From contig JBPOGF010000002.1 in assembly GCA_051251915.1 (NCBI GenBank), positions 1 through 64,000 on the forward strand: DNA of 64,000 bases, in the 5' to 3' direction. Each line of letters starts with the position of its first letter. The first letter of the stretch is position 1. The notes beneath the pieces were generated by a model. The model was given only the letters and a program-made list of their open reading frames with translations. It was not told the DNA's origin and ran no database searches. The DNA comes from Akkermansiaceae bacterium (GTDB lineage: Bacteria > Verrucomicrobiota > Verrucomicrobiia > Verrucomicrobiales > Akkermansiaceae). Positions 29,601 through 39,903 of the stretch are shown here, in pieces. Made by a program: the position numbers and the translations under genes.

Positions 29601-31797
29601 TCAGGTGGAAGTGGCGAAGAGTGTTCTGCTTCCTGATGGCAAAACAGTATTTTTGGTCATTCCGAGCATGAAGCCGGCTGAGCAGATGAGCATCCGTTAC
29701 ACGTTGAAGTTTGCTGATGATTCAGCGGCCGATGGCGAGATTATTAACACGGTTCATAAGCTAGGTAAGCATCTTGATGATGCTATTGCTCAGTATGAAG
29801 ACAGTGGGACGAAGGTTCCTGAGAACCTTAAGCCTGGCTTGCAGCAGTCCATCACTCAAGGAGGGAAAACAGATCACAGGGTTGCGAGGCTTGCTGCTCA
29901 GTATAATTCTGCGACGGATGCGGTTAGTGATATGATCGGTGATGTTAAGGGGGCTTACACTTCAAAATGGACTGGCTATCTCGACCTGCAGGAACGTAAG
30001 CAGGTGGTGTTTTCTTTCCAGGGGAAGGGAGTTGTTGAGCTTAAGGTTGATGGAAAAGTGATTTTAGAGGAAAATGGAAATTTTGGAGTGAAGGCATCGG
30101 AGTCGATTCAGTTAGATCCGGGGGCGCATCAGTTAGAGCTTAATTACACTGGAGCGGAAGATGGTTCTGGGCATGTGAGGTTGCTTTGGGAGGGTGGAGA
30201 TTTCCCAGTTCAGAGCATTCCGTCATCCTTCTTTAAGCATCAGGAGAATGATGCATTGAGCACTTCTATGGCATTGAGGCATGGGCGTGATGTTATGGTT
30301 CAGCAAAATTGCACGAGCTGCCATAGTGCTGATGAGAAGTTATCACTTCCAGAGCTTGCTTACCATGGTCCTGATATGAAGGGGATTGGTTCACGAGTGA
30401 GCGAGAAATGGTTAGCTACGTGGTTGGCTTCACCGCATAGCGTCAAGCCAGGCACGACTATGCCGGCTATTGTTGATGGAAGCACCGAGGGTGGGAGAAA
30501 AGATGCGGCTGATATGGCTGCTTATCTTGCAACGCTCGTGGGTGAGAAGCCGGCAGTAGTGGAAGCTAAAGCGGGTGATGCTAAGCAAGGTGGTGGGCAT
30601 TTCCATAAGCTTGGGTGTGTGGCGTGTCATACTCTTCCGGATCAAGATTACGATGCTAAGACTGGACGTATTGCGCTGAATAGAATTTCTGATAAATACA
30701 GTCAGTCATCACTTACTGCGTTTCTTCTGAAGCCAGATAAGAATCATGCATCGATCAAGATGCCTGACTTTGGGATGAGTGATGATGAAGCGCGTGAGAT
30801 TGCGGCATTTATCCGTTCAGAGTCTGAGGGTAAAGCACCAGCGAGTAATGAGTTTTCTAAAGGTGATGCTGCACGTGGTGCGAAGCTTGTTGCGACAAAT
30901 AACTGTGCTTCATGTCATAGTAATTTACCTAATGAGAATGGGGAGCTTCCAAGTTTTAAGAGCATCCTTGGTAAATCATGGGCGGATCACGGGTGTGTGA
31001 CTGTTAAGACTCCTGGCAAAGCTCCATTACTCAATATGTCTGATGGCGACCGCGATGCATTGGAAGCTTTCCGTAGTCATTTTGCGAAAGATGCGGTCAC
31101 GACACTTAGTGTGGCATCTAGCGTTGATTTCTCAGAACGTCAGGTCGAGGCTCTTAACTGTGTCGCTTGTCACCAGCGTGATGAGCTTCCTTCACTGTTA
31201 GCTTCTCTTCATTCACAGAGTCAGCATCTCACGGAAGGGATTCCAACTGATGCTCATCATGAGGTTGATCAGTCACGTCCATCGCTCACATATATTGGTG
31301 AGATGTTGCATAGTGACTACATGGAGAAGATGATTGATGGCAAGTTGGAGACGAGGCCACGTCCATGGTTGGCGATGCGTATGCCTGCATTCCACTCACG
31401 CGCGAATTTACTTACTAAGGGGCTAGCGGGACAGCACGGAATGGCACCGAGTAAAGTGGATACAGAGAATCTGGATGCGGCTAAGATTAAGGTAGGTAAG
31501 CAGCTCATTGGTTCGACTGGTGGATTTGCTTGTGTGATCTGTCATGCGGATGGAGGTGCGAAAGCTCTTGCCGCGTTCGAGGTTGAGGGTGTGAACTTCG
31601 ACCAAGTGGCACGTAGACTTCGGACAGGATACTATCACAAGTGGATGGAAAATCCTCAGAGTATTACGCCGACAACCAAGATGCCGCGCTACACGACAGG
31701 CAATAAATCTCCATTCCCAGTTTACGAACAGGATGCCGAGGAGCAGTTTGAGTCGGTGATGGAGTATCTTAAGAGTTTGGAGAAGGCGAAGAAGTAA
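26692..31797 (+). CDS. large exported multiheme cytochrome c protein (DUF6797-like N-terminus, propeller, PA14-like, 5 CxxCH)
   Basis: CTSCH, CVACH, CASCH, CVACH, CVICH; RRFATGLYEPLGL and NFHEFTFGL propeller motifs. Confidence 0.85.
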   Translation: MMRHVFNRTNLAVSTSIALLTALPMYAAELSPAKKAERAEYLAKKGKMKHWYEKMDVGPVWANVFEDYYQGTQRVAALKGLTLELSQKDSIRGLFDTETLRMSSVFQGDIYMSGTPWTGVHGGINRMANEQNSIMQTSSKPGWADKEGSFDEKREIPGYGNLPEDHGRFKGHYRHGDQIILDYTVLGSRALELPSAGVFGGVPLAFRQLDVAASDHKRVMMVTDITGADILINKAGTTAIVSKQLTAEESASPEPKVNEVTVVADRTTGDWDQLSMGAPSKTDSVDRSVNKKTYFRVVPGFTDADRKAGDEEGVAVRLNDGQSSRHDEDQSRNFFFKGTPFAGRLEMNLGEVQKVNRIHLYSQHSGNRASQNVEIYGATKDTADSTLEEGELEKGGWVKVTAYTTGKLGNSGRHGVAVLAPKGGSIGEFQKLLFISRPGKNKTKTHTYFSEIDIYSSEAPALKGLAYMTANIASYCVDLRGEGLKFTDGGDGQLLLEIPATDKATRFSLGYAAGKPENNKELIQVLEKNTPDARELGSLTEGGAALYPEVIEVEGKIGSNNVTWAVDSIPLPVKNPWYAMVKPGGLDLFEDGDSAAVCTWNGDVWVVTGLNGDWKSLKWRRFATGLYEPLGLKVVDGLIYVNSRSQITRLHDQNNDGEADRYECFNNDVYVTANFHEFTFGLQTDDEGNFYIAKGAPVLAGGRGFDRVLPHNGTLLKISKDGKGIEVMATGLRAPGGLGIGPNGEFTTGENEGTWQPSCKLNYFTSKDKFLGVEDTAQHLKGQEMHLPLCYFPMRVDNSGGSQVWVPKGVNWGLKPGELIHLSYGQSSLYRVLKQEVDGVMQGGVVRIPVKFDSSAMRARYHNDGSLYVTGFRGWQTNAATEQGLNRVRYTGKDVSIPDKLDVTEKGIYIRFEKELDPSTVEDKFNFKVERWKYIRSVQYGSGEFSIDNPDLEAEKQALIQESKKHHKHDQVEVAKSVLLPDGKTVFLVIPSMKPAEQMSIRYTLKFADDSAADGEIINTVHKLGKHLDDAIAQYEDSGTKVPENLKPGLQQSITQGGKTDHRVARLAAQYNSATDAVSDMIGDVKGAYTSKWTGYLDLQERKQVVFSFQGKGVVELKVDGKVILEENGNFGVKASESIQLDPGAHQLELNYTGAEDGSGHVRLLWEGGDFPVQSIPSSFFKHQENDALSTSMALRHGRDVMVQQNCTSCHSADEKLSLPELAYHGPDMKGIGSRVSEKWLATWLASPHSVKPGTTMPAIVDGSTEGGRKDAADMAAYLATLVGEKPAVVEAKAGDAKQGGGHFHKLGCVACHTLPDQDYDAKTGRIALNRISDKYSQSSLTAFLLKPDKNHASIKMPDFGMSDDEAREIAAFIRSESEGKAPASNEFSKGDAARGAKLVATNNCASCHSNLPNENGELPSFKSILGKSWADHGCVTVKTPGKAPLLNMSDGDRDALEAFRSHFAKDAVTTLSVASSVDFSERQVEALNCVACHQRDELPSLLASLHSQSQHLTEGIPTDAHHEVDQSRPSLTYIGEMLHSDYMEKMIDGKLETRPRPWLAMRMPAFHSRANLLTKGLAGQHGMAPSKVDTENLDAAKIKVGKQLIGSTGGFACVICHADGGAKALAAFEVEGVNFDQVARRLRTGYYHKWMENPQSITPTTKMPRYTTGNKSPFPVYEQDAEEQFESVMEYLKSLEKAKK

Positions 31798-31986
31798 GTC
31801 CTAGCAGTGATTTAAATTAATCCTCAGGCGGTCACATAAGTGTGAATCATCTGGGGGTTTTTCTGTGCTGTGTATTTAGGTGGCCTGTGGCCGGCGGCTC
31901 TCGCATCAGGGTTGCTAGTTGCTGAGGGGCACCCTATATCTAAATATTCCAAGCGGGCGGTATGGGTTCTACTTTTACTGTTAATG

Positions 31987-32052
31987 AATCCGTCTTCTAG
32001 TGCTTTACTTGGGCTTGGTGGGCTAGCTCTGATTTTATGTCGTCGTAAGTAA
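31987..32052 (+). pseudogene. orphan PEP-CTERM tail remnant
   Basis: NPSSSALLGLGGLALILCRRK* vs EPSSTALLGLGGLALILRRRK* in the intact genes; no credible body upstream. Confidence 0.7.
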
Positions 32053-32073
32053 GGGGTCTTTTTTTTCAATGTT

Positions 32074-32102
32074 AAGGTCACTCATGAAGGGTGGCCTTTT
32101 TT
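32074..32102 (+). terminator. intrinsic terminator
   Basis: AAGGTCACTC/GGGTGGCCTT stem plus T-run. Confidence 0.65.
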
Positions 32103-32315
32103 GTGGATTAATGACTGTAGGGTAAGGAAGCTGCATATGGACGCGTGAATGGTGTGATGCTAGCGTTAGTATGTCACGTTCATGTCTTAAATCGATCTTG
32201 CGAAAAGAGTCTGAGGTGCCATATTGTCTGAACAAAAGTTAACGGGGGCGCGCTTCTAAAGTGCAGTCCTGTGTGTGGCATCGTATTACTTATTCATTCT
32301 AAACATTCATAAACA

Positions 32316-33602
32316 ATGGCAAAAAATTCTAATCTCACCATGTGCTCGTTCTGCGGGAAGAGTCACTCGGAAGTCAAAAAACTCATCGCAGGTCCAGGCG
32401 TTTATATCTGTAATGAATGTATCGATGTGTGCAGCGGTATTATGCACAAGGAACTGGCGAATATCTCGCATGGTGATTCACTTCCTGAAGAGTTATTTAA
32501 TGCGGAAGATCTGCTTACACCGGCAGAGATTACTGCGCTGCTGAACGATTATGTCATTGGTCAGGAGCACGCGAAGAAGACACTTTCTGTAGCGGTATAC
32601 AATCATTACCAAAGACTCCGTCAGTACGAGGAAGAGGATGAGAGTGGTGAGTGGGATGATGTGGAGATTGAGAAGGCTAACATTCTCATGCTTGGGCCTA
32701 CGGGTTCAGGGAAAACACTTCTTGCTAGAACTCTGGCACGTGTTCTTAACGTGCCATTCACGATCGTAGATGCTACCACTCTTACTGAGGCTGGCTACGT
32801 GGGTGAAGATGTGGAAAATATTATTTTAAAGCTGCTTCAAGCGGCAGATGGAGACATCGAGAAAGCGGAGCGTGGGATTATTTACGTGGATGAGATTGAT
32901 AAGATAGGGCGTAAGACTGAGAATGTATCGATCACTCGTGATGTTTCTGGTGAAGGCGTGCAGCAGGCGTTGCTTAAGATTTTAGAAGGGACCGTTTGTA
33001 ATGTGCCACCGCAGGGTGGGCGTAAGCATCCTAACCAAGAGTATATCCAGGTGAATACGGAGAAAATTCTCTTCATTTGTGCAGGTGCCTTTGTTGGTAT
33101 GGATGAGTATGTGAAGAACCGCATGGGCAAGCGCACGTTAGGATTTGTGCAGGATGGTGAACTTGTGAATGGCGAGGACCTTACTGAATCTGAATTGCTC
33201 ACGAAGGTGGAGCCTCAAGATTTGCTTCACTTTGGGTTGATTCCTGAATTTGTGGGAAGACTTCCGGTTATTTCCTCTCTCCGAAAGCTTACTGAAGAGG
33301 AGCTGATCCAAATTCTTACAGAGCCGAAGAACGCGATCATTAAGCAGTATCAAAAGCTGTTAGGCATGAATGGTGTGAAGCTTAATATCACTAAGGATGG
33401 ACTTGCGGCACTTGCGGAAGAAGCTGTGAAGCGTGGCACTGGAGCACGAGCTCTGCGTGCGATCTTTGAGACACTCATGCTAGACATTATGTATGATATC
33501 CCAAGCCGGAAAGATATTGAAACAGTAACGATCAATCGACAAGTAGTGGAGGGAAAAAAAGAACCTGCACTCACTAAGAAAACAACAGTAGACGCAGCAT
33601 GA
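32316..33602 (+). CDS. clpX: ATP-dependent Clp protease ATP-binding subunit
   Basis: CSFCGK zinc finger, [22 protein letters not shown]. Confidence 0.98.
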   Translation: MAKNSNLTMCSFCGKSHSEVKKLIAGPGVYICNECIDVCSGIMHKELANISHGDSLPEELFNAEDLLTPAEITALLNDYVIGQEHAKKTLSVAVYNHYQRLRQYEEEDESGEWDDVEIEKANILMLGPTGSGKTLLARTLARVLNVPFTIVDATTLTEAGYVGEDVENIILKLLQAADGDIEKAERGIIYVDEIDKIGRKTENVSITRDVSGEGVQQALLKILEGTVCNVPPQGGRKHPNQEYIQVNTEKILFICAGAFVGMDEYVKNRMGKRTLGFVQDGELVNGEDLTESELLTKVEPQDLLHFGLIPEFVGRLPVISSLRKLTEEELIQILTEPKNAIIKQYQKLLGMNGVKLNITKDGLAALAEEAVKRGTGARALRAIFETLMLDIMYDIPSRKDIETVTINRQVVEGKKEPALTKKTTVDAA

Positions 33603-34417
33603 GTTCAGAAATAAAACTAGGTTTAATTGGGTGTGGCAAAATGGGACGAGCACTCATCGAGGGCGCACTAAAGAATAAGGTGGTGGCACCGGAGAATGTG
33701 TTCATTAGTAGTCGTACGCCGTCAGCGGTTGAGACGATCACTTCTGAGCTCGGGGTAACGGCTCTGGCTTCTAATGTAGAAGTGGCACAAAATTCTGATG
33801 TTGTTTTACTTTGCACAAAGCCGGCAGACATTCCTCTCGTTTTGTTGGAGCTAGCCAATGAATCTGACTGCCTTACAAGCACACTACTTATTTCAGCGGC
33901 AGCTGGTCTTACGATTGTTGAGCAAGAGAAAATCTTACCTTTAGGGGTGCGTTTTGTGCGCTGTATGCCAAACACACCTGCGCTTATAGGGCAGGGGGCG
34001 GCAGCTTATGCGCTGGGGTCAGCGGCTACAGATGCCGATGCAGAGCTTACTTGTAAGGTGCTAGGAGCCACAGGTAGTGTTATTGAGGTGAAGGAGAAGC
34101 TGATGAATGCTGTTACTGGTGTTTCAGGTAGTGGACCAGCTTACGTTTATACATTTATCGAGTCACTCGCAGATGGCGGTGTGGCTGAAGGCTTACCTAG
34201 AGCGCAGGCGCTAGAGCTAGCAGTGAAAACTGTGCAAGGAGCGGCGATGATGGTGTCTGAGACAGGGCTGCATCCGGCGCTACTCCGTGATATGGTTACT
34301 AGCCCAGGTGGGACTACTATTGAGGCGCTTACTTCACTGGAGGCAAATGGTTTCCGATCAGCGGTGATCAGTGCGGTGAGAACAGCGAGTAAGAAGGCTG
34401 AAGAGATGGGGAAATAA
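33599..34417 (+). CDS. proC: pyrroline-5-carboxylate reductase
   Basis: [35 protein letters not shown] overlap with clpX. Confidence 0.97.
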   Translation: MSSEIKLGLIGCGKMGRALIEGALKNKVVAPENVFISSRTPSAVETITSELGVTALASNVEVAQNSDVVLLCTKPADIPLVLLELANESDCLTSTLLISAAAGLTIVEQEKILPLGVRFVRCMPNTPALIGQGAAAYALGSAATDADAELTCKVLGATGSVIEVKEKLMNAVTGVSGSGPAYVYTFIESLADGGVAEGLPRAQALELAVKTVQGAAMMVSETGLHPALLRDMVTSPGGTTIEALTSLEANGFRSAVISAVRTASKKAEEMGK

Positions 34418-34503
34418 ATATTCTCACAAACCTCACTACGGGATTGCGTTTTTCGGCGAATGTTTCTACGTTCTTGCACACAAGCAATATAACGATTTTA
34501 GAA

Positions 34504-35403
34504 ATGAGCGAAACAAGCAGCACAAGTGAGAACCAGAAAATCTGGTTAGACGGAAAAATAATCGACAAAGCAGATGCTACAATATCTGTCTTTGACCACG
34601 GTCTTCTCTATGGAGATGGTATTTTCGAAGGGATTCGGATGTATAGTGGTAAGGTTTTCAGGCTTGATGAGCACATTGACAGACTCTTTTCATCTGCGAG
34701 ATCCATCTTGCTTAAGCTTCCTTGGACGAAGGAAGAGGTGATTCAGGCGACGATTGATACCATCAAGGCGAATGAACTAACGGATGGTTACGTTCGTCTT
34801 GTGATCACTCGGGGTGTGGGTGGTTTAGGATTAAATCCTTACCTCTGCCCGACTCCATCGATGTTTATCATCGCTGCGAACATCCAGCTTTACTCAGATG
34901 ACAGCTATGAAAATGGCCTTGATCTGATTACGTGTGCGACACGCAGGCCGACACCTGCATCGCTTAGCCCTCAAGTGAAATCGCTCAACTATCTCAACAA
35001 CGTCATGGCGAAAATAGAATGCATCCAGGCAGGCGTGATGGAAGGCATTATGCTTAATGAGCAAGGTTATGTGGCTGAGTGCACTGGTGACAATGTGTTC
35101 ATCGTGAAGAAGGGTGTTGTCTACACGCCGCCAGTTTCTGATGGATCACTTGATGGAATTACCCGTGAGGTTATTTTCGATCTTTGTGAAAGCGAAGGGA
35201 TTGAAATCCGTGAAGCATCGATGACTCGTCATGATGTGTTCATCTGTGAGGAAGCTTTCCTTACTGGGACAGCTGCGGAGGTTATACCATTTGTGAAGCT
35301 CGACCAGAGGGTGATTGGTGACGGAACTCCAGGGCCGCTTACTAGACGACTTATCACTGCTTTCAGGAAGCTAGCTAATAGCGAAGGCACGCCTTGCGTT
35401 TAG
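34504..35403 (+). CDS. ilvE: branched-chain amino acid aminotransferase
   Basis: DHGLLYGDGIFEG, KSLNYL, LDGITR, FLTGTAAEV. Confidence 0.95.
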   Translation: MSETSSTSENQKIWLDGKIIDKADATISVFDHGLLYGDGIFEGIRMYSGKVFRLDEHIDRLFSSARSILLKLPWTKEEVIQATIDTIKANELTDGYVRLVITRGVGGLGLNPYLCPTPSMFIIAANIQLYSDDSYENGLDLITCATRRPTPASLSPQVKSLNYLNNVMAKIECIQAGVMEGIMLNEQGYVAECTGDNVFIVKKGVVYTPPVSDGSLDGITREVIFDLCESEGIEIREASMTRHDVFICEEAFLTGTAAEVIPFVKLDQRVIGDGTPGPLTRRLITAFRKLANSEGTPCV

Positions 35404-35591
35404 TGTGGGGTTCAGGTTTAAACTGGGTCATTTCTTGCGTGTTAGAAGCATGAGAGATGACCTGATTATACAAATCTGCAATCTGCTTATTTTTGTCAAA
35501 TTTCTCTGATGAGATGATCCTAGATGGGGGATCATTTTTCAAAGAGTCCGGTCTTGCAAATTATGCACTTGTTGTAGAAAGTGGTCGGACT

Positions 35592-36407
35592 ATGTGGACT
35601 ACTGCAAAAGAATTTGAAGACATCAAGTATGAGACTGCCGATGAGGGGCAGATCGCGAAGATTACTATTAACCGCCCTGAGGTAAGGAATGCTTTTCGAC
35701 CAAAGACGGTGAAGGAGCTTTTAGTAGCGCTAGATCTGGCGCATGAGGATCCGAAGGTGGGCGTTATTATCCTCACTGGTGAAGGTGAGAAGGCGTTCTG
35801 CTCAGGAGGAGATCAGAAGGTGCGTGGGCATGCTGGGTATATTGGTGAAGATGGGGTTCCGCGTCTGAACATCTTGGATGTGCAGCGTAAGATCAGGACG
35901 TTGCCTAAGCCTATTGTGGCGATGGTGGCGGGGTATGCGATTGGTGGTGGGCATGTGCTTCATGTTGTCTGTGATCTAAGTATCGCGGCGGATAATGCTA
36001 TTTTTGGGCAGACAGGTCCTAAGGTGGGGAGTTTTGATGGTGGGCTGGGTTCTAGCTATCTATCAAGAATTGTGGGTCAGAAAAAAGCGCGTGAGATCTG
36101 GTATCTCTGCCGTCAGTATAATGCTAAGGAGGCGTTAGATATGGGCTTGGTGAATACAGTGGTTCCTTATGCTGAGCTTGAGAATGAGACTGTTCAGTGG
36201 TGTCGTGAAATGCTGCAGCACTCACCGATGGCATTGCGTTGTCTAAAGGCTGCGCATAATGCGGACTGTGATGGTCAGATGGGGCTGTTAGATATGGCTG
36301 GGAATTCTACGCTACTTTACTATATGAGCGAAGAGGCGAAGGAGGGTAAGAATGCTTTTGTGGATAAGCGTAAGCCAGACTTTAGTAAGTTCCCTAGAGT
36401 GCCATAA
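35592..36407 (+). CDS. menB: 1,4-dihydroxy-2-naphthoyl-CoA synthase
   Basis: [32 protein letters not shown]. Confidence 0.97.
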   Translation: MWTTAKEFEDIKYETADEGQIAKITINRPEVRNAFRPKTVKELLVALDLAHEDPKVGVIILTGEGEKAFCSGGDQKVRGHAGYIGEDGVPRLNILDVQRKIRTLPKPIVAMVAGYAIGGGHVLHVVCDLSIAADNAIFGQTGPKVGSFDGGLGSSYLSRIVGQKKAREIWYLCRQYNAKEALDMGLVNTVVPYAELENETVQWCREMLQHSPMALRCLKAAHNADCDGQMGLLDMAGNSTLLYYMSEEAKEGKNAFVDKRKPDFSKFPRVP

Positions 36408-36431
36408 GTTGCCCTCAGTGAAAAAGGGGCC

Positions 36432-38105
36432 ATGAACTCATCAGAAAAAAATCTTCCTCAGCACGGTTGGGTGCTCTCAGTGATCATCTTTCTGATGGGG
36501 GGCTGCGGGCTAGCCTATGAATACACGTTCTCAAAGATAGCATCAGATCTGCTAGGGAATTCTGTTCAGCAGTGGGCGATCATCATTGCTGTGATGCTCT
36601 TCTTTATGGGGGTGGGTTCTGAAATTCAGAGATACATTTCTGATAAAAAAGTAGTGTCCTCACTACTCTACTCACAGTTGCTATTGGCTTTGCTCGGTGG
36701 GTTTGGCCCTATTTTGATGTTGTGGGCATTTACTTCTGCTCCTTATCAGTATGGGTTGGTGCATTATGGATTGACGAGTATGATGGGGATTATTATTGGG
36801 TTTGAGATTCCGCTGATTTCTAGGATCAACGAGCGTTATTCTGATGATATTGGTAACAATCTTGCTCGTGTTCTTAAGATGGATTATATTGGTGCGCTTG
36901 CTGGTGCGTTGCTTTGGGTATTTTGTTTGCCTAAGTTTTTCTCGCTCAATGAAACTGCATTTGTATTAGCATTCGTGAGCTTGGCCTCTACGTTGTTTTG
37001 CTGGTTTTATTTTGCACGAGTTAACCATAGGAAAGTTCTTTTCCTCACCGCCTTTGTTGGAGTATGCGGAGTTCTTGGTTTCGGGATTTCTCAGACTAAT
37101 CAATGGGCTCTGACTGCTGAGCAGAAGATTTATAAAGATCGTATTGTGTACGCAGAAACTACTCCGTACCAGCACATCGTACTAACGCAGAGTAAGCATG
37201 GGAATTTTCGTTGTTACATCAATGGACATATTCAATTCTCGGCAAATGATGAGCACATCTACCACGAGCATTTAGTGCATCCTGCTATGGCTGCTCACCG
37301 GCATCCGAGAAATATTTTAATCCTTGGAGGTGGTGATGGTTTAGCGGTGAGGGAGGTTTTGAAATATCCGAGTGTGGAAAAAATTATGCTAGTGGATCTG
37401 GATCCGGCTATGACGCGACTGGCTGCAGAGCATCCACTTTTTACCAAACTTAATGACTCTTCGTTGACGAGTGATAAGGTCACGGTCATTTCTGCTGGGG
37501 ATAGTGTCGAGAAGGGGGATGCGTATTTATTAGAGCGAAGTAGTCAGAATAGATCGATACATGGAGGTTCGCTGAGCGATAAACCTGAGCTTAGTGTGCT
37601 CAACATTGATGCCTCGAAGTATGTTGAACAGGCAAGCGGGTTGTTTGACGTGATCATCTGTGATTTTCCTGACCCGTCTAGCCCCGAGTTAGCGAAGCTT
37701 TACAGCATGCATTTTTATGGGGCTCTGATGAAGAAACTGGCTCATGATGGCTATCTGGTTCAGCAGTCGACGTCTCCTTACCGGGCTAAGGATGCGTTTT
37801 TATGTATTGGGCGTACGATGCAGAGTGTGGGGCTCGCGGCCGTGCCTTATCATGATCATGTGCCTTCATTTGGTGAATGGGGGTGGTGGATCGCCACGCA
37901 TCCTGGCTATGCGGATGAGGCGCAGCTTAGGCAGAGACTCCTGGGTATAAAGAAACTGCCGGATTATACTCGATATCTGACGCCAGATATTATTAAATCA
38001 TCATTAAGTTTTGGCAAAGAGGATCTTGATACTAGTGAGACGGACATCACCACCATCACGAACTCTGCGGTTCTTAATCACTACCTGAATGGATGGATCG
38101 AATAA
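36432..38105 (+). CDS. speE: membrane-bound polyamine aminopropyltransferase (spermidine synthase-like)
   Basis: about 7 N-terminal TM helices, TPYQHI, YHEHLVHP, ILGGGDG, DFPDP, VPSFGEWG. Confidence 0.9.
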   Translation: MNSSEKNLPQHGWVLSVIIFLMGGCGLAYEYTFSKIASDLLGNSVQQWAIIIAVMLFFMGVGSEIQRYISDKKVVSSLLYSQLLLALLGGFGPILMLWAFTSAPYQYGLVHYGLTSMMGIIIGFEIPLISRINERYSDDIGNNLARVLKMDYIGALAGALLWVFCLPKFFSLNETAFVLAFVSLASTLFCWFYFARVNHRKVLFLTAFVGVCGVLGFGISQTNQWALTAEQKIYKDRIVYAETTPYQHIVLTQSKHGNFRCYINGHIQFSANDEHIYHEHLVHPAMAAHRHPRNILILGGGDGLAVREVLKYPSVEKIMLVDLDPAMTRLAAEHPLFTKLNDSSLTSDKVTVISAGDSVEKGDAYLLERSSQNRSIHGGSLSDKPELSVLNIDASKYVEQASGLFDVIICDFPDPSSPELAKLYSMHFYGALMKKLAHDGYLVQQSTSPYRAKDAFLCIGRTMQSVGLAAVPYHDHVPSFGEWGWWIATHPGYADEAQLRQRLLGIKKLPDYTRYLTPDIIKSSLSFGKEDLDTSETDITTITNSAVLNHYLNGWIE

Positions 38106-38121
38106 AATTTTACACAAGAAT

Positions 38122-38955
38122 ATGAAAACACTACCCTATCAATTAAGTATCTTGGCTATTCTTAGTCTAGTTTTCTGCACGCAATGTGGGTCTGATAGCT
38201 ATACAACGACGGTGACTAGCTACGCGGCGGATAATCTAGACCTTAAGGCGGTGACAGCTCTTGCCTCTGAAGTGGAGACTGCTGAGGAGTTTGAAACGAA
38301 GTTGAACGATCCGGAGACTAAGATCAATAATTTGGATCTGAATGAAGATGGCCAGATAGATTACATCAAGATCACCGAGATCACTGGTGAGCAGAAGGGT
38401 TTCTCACTTACAGTTGAAGTGGCGACTGATACGGGAGTGGAGGAGCAGGAGATAGCGACTATTCAGTATGATTTGACGAAGGATAAGCATAGTGTGGAGA
38501 CGCAGGGTAACCGATACATTTATGGGCCGGGATATTATTACTTTTATAGGCCGCATTATAATCGCTTCCCTATCGGCGGGTATTTCTCGCGAGATCACAA
38601 GCCGCATCGATCACAGTATGGTCACAATAATAAGCCGAGTAATTTCACATCCAGCAAGCCAATCCCGCCTAAGGATTACACTGCCTATCATAAGAAGCGT
38701 GCGACTACCAATGGTTACGGTAGTAGTATGAAGGTTAGTAAAAGCTCTAGTTTGTCAGAGGTAATGAAATCTCCGAATGCAAATAAGGTGGCTAGTAGGA
38801 TAAAGGCACCACTTAAAAGCCCTAGCACGGCGCAGAAATCTTACCAGAAATCCACACCATCGAAATACACTCAGCGCGTGCAGTCCACGTCTAGTTCACG
38901 CTACGGTAGCTCTAGTTCATCCCGCTCACGGAGTTCTTTCGGAGGTGGTAAATAA
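38122..38955 (+). CDS. putative lipoprotein with EF-hand-like loop and Ser/Lys-rich tail
   Basis: signal peptide ending FCTQCG; NLDLNEDGQIDY; C-terminus SSRSRSSFGGGK. Confidence 0.75.
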   Translation: MKTLPYQLSILAILSLVFCTQCGSDSYTTTVTSYAADNLDLKAVTALASEVETAEEFETKLNDPETKINNLDLNEDGQIDYIKITEITGEQKGFSLTVEVATDTGVEEQEIATIQYDLTKDKHSVETQGNRYIYGPGYYYFYRPHYNRFPIGGYFSRDHKPHRSQYGHNNKPSNFTSSKPIPPKDYTAYHKKRATTNGYGSSMKVSKSSSLSEVMKSPNANKVASRIKAPLKSPSTAQKSYQKSTPSKYTQRVQSTSSSRYGSSSSSRSRSSFGGGK

Positions 38956-38992
38956 TTACTCTAACAGAATCTTAATTTAACACAAAAACATC

Positions 38993-39892
38993 ATGCTTGA
39001 TCAACTCTTCGACTTATCCTTATACCGTGAAATAGCAGACTGGCGTGTGCTTTGTTACATTCTTCTATCGCTATTCATTTTGTACATAGGCAAGCTCATC
39101 AACGGCAAGCTATCTGATTATGATTTGAATCAGGAGCTTACTGAAAATGATAATAAAGCGATCGCTATCTCTTTCTCTGGCTTCCTTATTGCTCTTTGCA
39201 TAGTCATCAGTGGTGTGCTCTTAAGTCCTAGCACCTTTGACTATATGGATGAAGCTAGTAGTCCTTTTGTGGAGGACTTGAAAATGACTGTTATTTGGTC
39301 TGCTGTGGGGGTAGGGCTATTACTTATTTCTAGAATTCTTTGTGATAAGCTCATGTTGCCTAAGTTTAGTAATAGAGTGGAACTGGTGAGAGATAGAAAT
39401 GTAGGGGTAGGTTTCGTTCAAGCAGGAGCTTACGTTGCCACAGCTATGGTGCTTAAGGCATCACTCATGTCACCGGCCGCTGCTCCATTGTTAGAAGACA
39501 TAGGACTTACGGCAATATGGTTTGTGGTCTCACAAGCGCTCATTATAGTTTACTCGATGGTCTATCAGAAAACTACGAAGCATGATATCCATCTTGAACT
39601 TAAGGAAGACAACGCGGCAGTGGGTGTTGCGCTAGGTGGGAATATTGTCGCTTTCGGTATTCTACTGAGCTTCTTCATCGCGGTTTATGATAGTATTCTC
39701 GGTTTAGTGGTCTGGGCAGTGTTGTCCATGATTATGCTGTGGTTAGTTAGGTTTGCTGTGGATAAGCTTATCCTGCCGGGGCATTCATTGAGTAGTGAGC
39801 TGAGCAAAGATAAAAACTGGGGAGCTGGAGCTATAGAGGCCATCACTGCGATCGGTGCTGCGCTTATCATTACAGGAGCATTTCATTATTAG
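38993..39892 (+). CDS. tandem DUF350 membrane protein
   Basis: four repeats of EL..D.N.A/G (ELTENDNKA, ELVRDRNVG, ELKEDNAA, ELSKDKNWG) between TM helices. Confidence 0.8.
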   Translation: MLDQLFDLSLYREIADWRVLCYILLSLFILYIGKLINGKLSDYDLNQELTENDNKAIAISFSGFLIALCIVISGVLLSPSTFDYMDEASSPFVEDLKMTVIWSAVGVGLLLISRILCDKLMLPKFSNRVELVRDRNVGVGFVQAGAYVATAMVLKASLMSPAAAPLLEDIGLTAIWFVVSQALIIVYSMVYQKTTKHDIHLELKEDNAAVGVALGGNIVAFGILLSFFIAVYDSILGLVVWAVLSMIMLWLVRFAVDKLILPGHSLSSELSKDKNWGAGAIEAITAIGAALIITGAFHY

Positions 39893-39903
39893 AATCATAG
39901 ATC

